20,000 bases of DNA from Emiliania huxleyi CCMP1516 (lineage: Eukaryota): positions 169,178-189,177 of the forward strand of contig NW_005201113.1 in the NCBI RefSeq assembly GCF_000372725.1, read 5' to 3'. The position numbers were made by a program, and so were the translations under genes. Below the pieces are notes generated by a model. That model saw only the letters and a program-made list of their open reading frames with translations, did no database searches and was not told the DNA's origin. Positions 1 to 5,774 of this stretch are shown in pieces. The stretch's first letter is position 1, and every line of letters starts with the position of its first letter.

Positions 1-1
1 C

Positions 2-1063
2 AAGGCTCAGAAGATGGCGGAGTGCGCGCGCAACGAGGACGTCAAGCTCAGCGAGGCGCAGAGGCTCGAGCGCGCCGAGGTGCGCTCCATCGACGGCTTC
101 TACCCCTATGCGCCCTGCGCGACGGGCGGAGTCGTCAACATCTACAACTGCGTGGGCATCTTTCAAAGCTACTGCGGCAAGGTGCTCGGCCAGTCGCTCA
201 ATCTCGACACGTCGGGCATCTGCGTACAAGCGATGGAGGCGAGCACCCACACCCGTATGACGCACCGACGCGTTAGCTCCCATTGCCCCGCCCCACTATC
301 TTGCTGGTCCTCGACTCCACAGGTGATCCGCGCGATGCCGCGTCTAGAGCGGCGCATCCACCGCGCCGTGCACTACCCTTCGCCCGCCGGCTACATCACC
401 GTGCCTCGCGCTGACGTGGACGCGCACTGGGGGACCCGCAGCGTCGAGGACGCGCTCGTGCCCGGTCGGCCGTTGAGTGCGCAGGACCAGGAGCGCCACC
501 GCTTCTTCTACACTGTCGTTGTGAAGATGCGCGAGGCGGGCCACCTTACAGCCGACAACCAGCCGAGCGCCGAGGCGCGTGCAGAGACCAAGGCGGCGAT
601 TGCGGCCATCCCCATGCCCGACGAGGTGACGCTGCGCGACTTATTTGCCCCCGATGCGCTCGACCCGCCGCCGTTGCCGCGCATCGCCGATGCCGGTGCG
701 GAAGGTGGCGGAGGTGACGATCTTGCGACGCCGAGGCCAGTCGCAGCGACGCTCGCACCGGGGCCGCCGACCTCGCCGCCGGCCTCGCTCGCACAAGCTA
801 GCATCAATGAGGACGCCAAGTCACGGCTCGGCCGGAAGTATCCGGCGCAGGCTGCGTCGGCAAGCCTCACCTACCACACCGAGCGAGAGGGCCCGGCGCA
901 CGCACCTCACTTTCGGGCGACGGTGAGGGTGGTCGTGGGAGGCGAGCTCAGAGAGTTTGTCGGCGAGTGGAGTTCCACACGCAAGGCAGCGGAGCAATCG
1001 GCCGCGGCCGCTGCTCTGCGGTTCATCGATGTGCCAGCCGCGGTCGGGCCCTCGGGCTGCTGA
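2..1063 (+). CDS. 3' part of a Dicer-related protein: Dicer-dimerisation (DUF283)-like domain (~101-568), Pro/Ala linker, C-terminal dsRNA-binding domain (~808-1030); probably starts upstream of the window; exons <2-238, 323-1063
   Basis: Frame is open from base 2 to TGA 1061-1063. The C-terminus DAKSRL...LTYHTEREGPAHAPHFRATVRV...GEWSSTRKAAEQSAAAAALRFI is a typical dsRBD (GPxHxPxF and KxAEQxAA motifs). FYPY...TGGVVNIYNCVGIFQSYCGKV and VVKMREAGHLTADNQP resemble the two ends of the Dicer DUF283 domain as I recall it. The dsRBD call is firm; DUF283 is moderate. Confidence 0.75.
   Translation, partial: KAQKMAECARNEDVKLSEAQRLERAEVRSIDGFYPYAPCATGGVVNIYNCVGIFQSYCGKVLGQSLNLDTSGICVQAMEASTHTRMTHRRVSSHCPAPLSCWSSTPQVIRAMPRLERRIHRAVHYPSPAGYITVPRADVDAHWGTRSVEDALVPGRPLSAQDQERHRFFYTVVVKMREAGHLTADNQPSAEARAETKAAIAAIPMPDEVTLRDLFAPDALDPPPLPRIADAGAEGGGGDDLATPRPVAATLAPGPPTSPPASLAQASINEDAKSRLGRKYPAQAASASLTYHTEREGPAHAPHFRATVRVVVGGELREFVGEWSSTRKAAEQSAAAAALRFIDVPAAVGPSGC
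239..322 (+). other. Probable 84-bp in-frame GC-AG intron
   Basis: GAG|GCGAGC donor, pyrimidine-rich stretch and CTCCACAG|GTG acceptor. Removal joins ...VQAME to VIRAM... in phase 0 and deletes a non-protein-like 28-aa segment of the ORF-track translation. Confidence 0.7.
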
Positions 1064-1656
1064 GCGTGCTTTCATGACCTTCCCACGTTGCGCCTCGACG
1101 CTCGCTGGACACTGCCTGGCCACGCAGAATCGACCCGAGCAACCGAGCTGCTGCCTGTGGTGACTGGTGTGTGCTGTAAGCTGTGTCGCCACTTTTGTGT
1201 TCGAGTCCGCCCTTCTCAACAGGGGACTCCCTCTCTCTCTCGCTCCCTCCCTGCTCCCACCCTCCCACCCCTCTCTCTGATCTCTTTAGCTCTCTCTATC
1301 CTACGACATCGCTGTCGCCGGCGTCGCTCTGACTCGCGCTCGTGTTTCCCTTCATCACAGATTCACAGAGAGTTTGCTTACAGTTACACTGACTGACTCT
1401 CGCCCCCCCCCGGGCCACCGGGCGCGGTTCAGCTTTCACACATCACACACCGGGGAACTCTTCTCCGTCTTCATTTTAATCGGAACCACGTCAAAACTAA
1501 TCTTAACCTTCTACCTTAGGCTCGAAGATGTTTTCGGTGTCATTCTGGTACGCCCCCTTGTAGACGGGCAAGGGGCTGGGGCGCGCACTGGCCGACTAAA
1601 CACAGCGGGTAAACCACGGAGCCGCCCGCCAACCCGCCGGACAAACCATCAGTACT

Positions 1657-4179
1657 CTAGCCTAACAGCCCCTGCAGGTAGGTTTGCCGCTCCTTGGCCG
1701 TCGCGAAGCCGTCCCACTCGTAGAATGGAACGCTGATCACCCTCCAGCCAGCCGCCGCGAGGAGGCACCGCTTGAGCAGCGTTGGCCCATTGGGTCTGCG
1801 CACGCCCAGGCCGCCGGGCAGCAGGAAGTGAGAGGGGCCGTCCACCTCGACCGCGATGCGTGACGAGGGCAGCGCCAGGTCGAGCGAGTAGCCGGTGCGC
1901 GGCTCGAGATGCTCCTCCTCGAAGCCGGAGCGGACGGCGGCGAGGGCATCCGCAACCGAACGCTGCAAGCCTGATGGCTGAGCTATGGTCGCCACCATGG
2001 CCTCGCGGCAAAGCTGGCGCTCAGAGGCGGAGAGAAGATGCTGCTGCCCGTCTGCCCCACGTTCCAGAGAAAGCCAGAGCTGCCACTGGTGAAGCTGAGA
2101 GCGGTTGCCGACGCTCCACCTTGACGGATCCCGCGCGAGCGAGTCGCTGATCACGTGCGAGCAGTCGGCAAGCAGCGCCTGGTGATAATGGTCTGCCGCT
2201 GCGTACGCCCACACCGTGTTGGACAGGGCCTGCGAATTGAAGCCAGACAGCCCGCCGCGCACCGCCGCCTTCGCCACCGCCGCGTACAGCGCGTCCGCAG
2301 CCACGCCCACCGTCGCGTACGCCCACACCGTGTTGGCTAGGTCCTGAGGGTTGAAGCCAGCCAGCCCGCCGCGCACCGCCGCCTTCGCCACCGCCGCGTA
2401 CAGCGCGTCCGCAGCCACGCCCGCCGTCGCGTACGCCCACACCGTGTTGGCTAGGTCCTGAGGGTTGAAGCCAGCCAGCCCGCCGCGCACCGCCGCCTCC
2501 GCCACCGCCGCGTACAGCGCGTCCGCAGCCACGCCCGCTGTCGCGTACGCCCACACCGTGTTGGCCAGCTCCTGCGGCTTGAAGCCAGCCAACCCGCTGC
2601 GCACCGCCGCCTCCGCCACCGCCGCGTACAGCGCGTCCGCAGCCACGCCCGCCGTCGCGTACGCCCACACCGTGTTGGCCAGCTCCTGCGGCTTGAAGCG
2701 ATCCAGCCCGCTCCGCACCGCCTCCTCCGCCACCGCCGTGTACAGCGCGTCCGCAGCAACGCCCGCCGTCGCGTACGCCCACACCGTGTTGGCCAGGTTC
2801 TGAGGGGTGAAGCCAGTCAACCCGCTGCGCACCGCCGCCTCCGCCACCGCCGCGTACAGCGCGTCCGCAGCCACGCCCGCCGTTGCGTACGCCCACACCG
2901 TGTTGGCAAGGGCTTGAGGCGTGAAGCGATCCAACCCGCTGCGCATCGCCGCCTCCGCCACCGCCGCGTATAGCGCGTCCGCAGCAACGCCCGCCGTCGC
3001 GTACGCCCACACCGTGTTGGCCAGTGCCTGCGGGTTGAACCCCGCCAACCCGCCGCGCACCGCCTCCTCCGCCACCGCCGCGTACAGTGAACGCACCACC
3101 CCTATTTGCAGCCGGCACTTTGCCGCACCGTGAGCGACGTTCGCCAGTGCTCGCGCATCGCACGAAGAGACGAGGTCGAGCGTGCGCTGCACCAGCTGCT
3201 CAAGCTGCCCCTCGTGCCGCCGCTCGACGCGCTGCTTGCCTAGTTTGTTCCACAGGTTCGCAGCGTGGATGTGGTTCAAGCTCGTGCTGTGCGCAGCAGA
3301 GAGCGTGAGCAATGCGTCAGCGCTGCCAGCCTGGCTTATCAAAGAGGTCAGCTTCCGAGGGTCGACCTGATCACTGTTAGCGCAGCGGAAAGAGAAGGGG
3401 CGATCATTGCACATTCGTGCGTCGCGTCCTTGCGCTCCGTGCATCGGCGGTCGCTCCCGGCGACCGCTGTGCTGAGGCTGCCCCTCGCCGCGTCGGTCAT
3501 CGCGCCGGTCATCGCGCCGATCGTGCCAGTCGCGCTCGCCTCTGCCCCAATCGTCGCAGCCCCGCCGCTCGTGTTGCCGCCCGTCATGATGCAGCCGTTG
3601 CTCGCCTCGCCATGGCTCGTCGCGCCATCGCCCATTGGGCCATTGCGGCTCATCGTGCCATCGCTGCTCGCGGCCACTGGACCAAGAGTCGTTGTAGCCG
3701 CGCCGCTCGTCATGCCGCCCGTCATGGTGCGGCCATTGCTCGCCGCGCAATGGCTCGTCGTGCCATCGCTCAGCGGGCAATTGCGGCTCATCGTGCCTTC
3801 GCTGCTCGCGACCACTGCACCAAGAATCGTTGTAGCCGCGCCGCTCGTCATGCCGCCCGTCATGGTGCGGCCATTGCTCGCCGCGCAATGGCTCGTCGTG
3901 CCATCGCTCAGCGGGCAATTGCGGCTCAGCGTGCCTTCGCTGCTCGCGACCACTGCACCAAGACTCGTTGTAGCCGCCCCGCTCGTCATGCCGCCCGTCA
4001 TGATGCGGCCATTGCTCGCCTTGCCAACGCTCGTCGCGCCACCGCAGCTCATCCCGCCGCGGCTCATCGCGTGATCGCGACCGACGTCGCGGTTCGCCCT
4101 GCCATCGCCACTCTTCGCGTCCGCACTCGGCGCGCCATTGCTCATCACGCCAGCGACGCTCCTCGCTCCCATGGGACAT
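1657..4179 (-). CDS. Octotricopeptide-repeat (OPR, 38-aa) RNA-binding protein with C-terminal RAP domain (FASTK/OPR-RAP-like)
   Basis: Uninterrupted ORF. The first ATG is at 4179 (the track start at 4275 is GTG). It has 7 full and 1 partial repeats of LxxF[N/T/K]PQ[A/N/E/D]LANTVWAYATAGVAADALYAAVAEAAVRxG. The C-terminal GYSLDLALP..IAVEVDGPSHF..NGPTLLKRCLLAAAGWRVISVPFYEW is the RAP signature (~1660-1925). Confidence 0.92.
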   Translation of the reverse strand: MSHGSEERRWRDEQWRAECGREEWRWQGEPRRRSRSRDEPRRDELRWRDERWQGEQWPHHDGRHDERGGYNESWCSGREQRRHAEPQLPAERWHDEPLRGEQWPHHDGRHDERRGYNDSWCSGREQRRHDEPQLPAERWHDEPLRGEQWPHHDGRHDERRGYNDSWSSGREQRWHDEPQWPNGRWRDEPWRGEQRLHHDGRQHERRGCDDWGRGERDWHDRRDDRRDDRRGEGQPQHSGRRERPPMHGAQGRDARMCNDRPFSFRCANSDQVDPRKLTSLISQAGSADALLTLSAAHSTSLNHIHAANLWNKLGKQRVERRHEGQLEQLVQRTLDLVSSCDARALANVAHGAAKCRLQIGVVRSLYAAVAEEAVRGGLAGFNPQALANTVWAYATAGVAADALYAAVAEAAMRSGLDRFTPQALANTVWAYATAGVAADALYAAVAEAAVRSGLTGFTPQNLANTVWAYATAGVAADALYTAVAEEAVRSGLDRFKPQELANTVWAYATAGVAADALYAAVAEAAVRSGLAGFKPQELANTVWAYATAGVAADALYAAVAEAAVRGGLAGFNPQDLANTVWAYATAGVAADALYAAVAKAAVRGGLAGFNPQDLANTVWAYATVGVAADALYAAVAKAAVRGGLSGFNSQALSNTVWAYAAADHYHQALLADCSHVISDSLARDPSRWSVGNRSQLHQWQLWLSLERGADGQQHLLSASERQLCREAMVATIAQPSGLQRSVADALAAVRSGFEEEHLEPRTGYSLDLALPSSRIAVEVDGPSHFLLPGGLGVRRPNGPTLLKRCLLAAAGWRVISVPFYEWDGFATAKERQTYLQGLLG
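2251..3048 (-). repeat. Coding tandem array, 7 x 114 bp (38 aa), followed by a partial eighth unit to ~2195
   Basis: Period measured directly (GTCCTGAGGG at 2341 and 2455); units are nearly identical at the DNA level. Confidence 0.95.
3604..4017 (-). repeat. Coding tandem array, 3 x 138 bp (46 aa, W/H/R/D/E-rich) plus a partial fourth unit to ~3546
   Basis: CCATTGCTC (EQW) ends at 4017, 3879 and 3741, with a variant ending at 3603; unit EQWPHHDGRHDERRGYNDSWCSGREQRRHDEPQLPAERWHDEPLRG. Confidence 0.93.
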
Positions 4180-4411
4180 GCCTGCACTCTTGGCGTCGAG
4201 CGAGATGCGTGCGCCAATACATGGCCGTGACAGCGATTTGGTAGTTTTGGGGCGGGTTTTGGGCGGGTTTTCCACCCAGACTTTTTCAGTGTACGTACTT
4301 TTAGCTTACTGGGAGAAAAGAGAGAGGGGGTTGTGTTCTCTAGGCCCCTAAGGGCCCTACGCGCCCGGCGTGAGAGCTCGGAAGCGAGCTTTGCACGGCG
4401 ATCGAGGATCT

Positions 4412-5197
4412 CGCAGCAAAACTGGCCCCAGGTTTTTGGGCTCGGGGGTATACCCAAACTGATCGTGAAAACTCATAGCACGAATTGGTTTCGTCGCAGA
4501 GCATGACTCATAAGAGTCCCTCTGAAGTTTGCGCCCGGAGGCGCCTCTTTTTGCTCGCCAGCCCTCCGCTCAACGGCCGTCGCGCGTCGTCCTGCCTTGC
4601 CGTCGCTGGGCGACTCGGAGCGCGATCGCCGCTCACGGTCCCAGCCCCGGCCGCGCTGCCCTGGCTCCGCGGCGTCGCGCTCGACCTTCCTCCCTACCAG
4701 CTGGTCGGCGCCCCGAGAGCCCGCACCTGAGAGCTCGCTGCTCGGGCGGAGCAGACCTCGAACGAGCGCGAGGCGGCCGTCGAGGCGGAGCATGTGCGGC
4801 CGCGCGTGTACGCCCCGTACACGCGCGGCCGCACGTGCGCGGACCGGTGCGGGAAGTCGCCTGGCTGCCTGGCCGGCTCGGCCGTTTAAATTCCTCTCGC
4901 ACTCGGCGGCTGCCCAGCGAGCTCAAAGTGCAGATTGGCACGTCGCTCGTGGCCGGAGCGCGTCGCCACGGAGGCGCAGTTGGCCACCGGCGCGAGCTCA
5001 GCGACCCAGGCACTCGCGCTCGGCTAGCAGGCGCCGCTCTGCGAGCGAGCGCGCTAACTCCCATTGCGCGGAGATACACACGAGAACCGAAATCGAGACC
5101 GGAAATGACGTACGTCCTAGGACGGCCGACTATGAAAATGAAACCTATGCTGTGCGACGAAACCGAAGCCCAAAAACCTGGGACCAGTTTTGCTGCG
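4412..5197. mobile_element. Candidate non-autonomous DNA transposon (MITE-like), 786 bp, 31-bp terminal inverted repeats, possible 3-bp TSD TCT
   Basis: 4412-4442 CGCAGCAAAACTGGCCCCAGGTTTTTGGGCT is the reverse complement of 5167-5197 with one mismatch. TCT flanks both sides (4409-4411, 5198-5200). No transposase ORF is recognisable inside. Confidence 0.55.
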
Positions 5198-5690
5198 TCT
5201 CTCTCAGTGTATGTGGCTCTTTAGCTTACACCGTCTTATTAGAAAAGGTATTTACGCGCCACGCCGGCCCTCGACGCGCGCAATGGTCGCACATTGCGCG
5301 GTAGCCGGTACGTCTGGATAGGGGGACACTGACAGCGGGCACGCGATGGCGGCGGGGGATCGCCTCGGCGTTTCTGCCGTAGCAACTCGCCCCGCCGCCT
5401 CCAACCGACAGCCGGCGCCTGCAGCGGCGCGAGATAGCACAAGCCAGCACACAGCCACAAAAGGAGGGGGGGTTCAGGGAAGGGGAGCACCAGAAGAGCG
5501 ATGCCAAAGAGGAGACACGCCGCGGACATGGCGGCCGTGGCGGCCGGAGACAGGGCGGGGCAAAAGCGCTCGCCGCCACCCGCGGCAAACGTAGAGAGAG
5601 CGCGCGCGCGCGCAAAGTGCAAGAGTAGAGGTCGAGGGGGTCGCAGCGGCCGGCACCGAGTGTCGCCTCCCCAAGACCGCCGCCCGGAGA

Positions 5691-5774
5691 CGTCACCTCT
5701 GCGTGACGTACCGACACCTCTGCGTGGCGTACCGCCACCTCTGCGTGGCGTACCGTCACCTCTGCGTGACGTAC
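5691..5774. repeat. 4 x 21-bp tandem repeat overlapping the stop codon of the RING gene
   Basis: CG[T/A/C]CACCTCTGCGTG[A/G]CGTAC at 5691, 5712, 5733 and 5754. Confidence 0.95.

Noticed and set aside
2251..3048. Regular repeats as a possible CRISPR-like array
   Set aside because: Units are contiguous, in-frame coding repeats without unique spacers; no cas genes; eukaryotic context.
4180..4275. N-terminal extension of the OPR-RAP ORF from the track start
   Set aside because: Starts at GTG; in a eukaryote the first ATG (4179) is more plausible.
2021..4457. Long overlapping ORFs (2021-3163 -, 3265-4074 +, 3348-4457 -, 3417-4244 +)
   Set aside because: Shadow frames of the GC-rich repetitive OPR-RAP gene; no independent domain signal.
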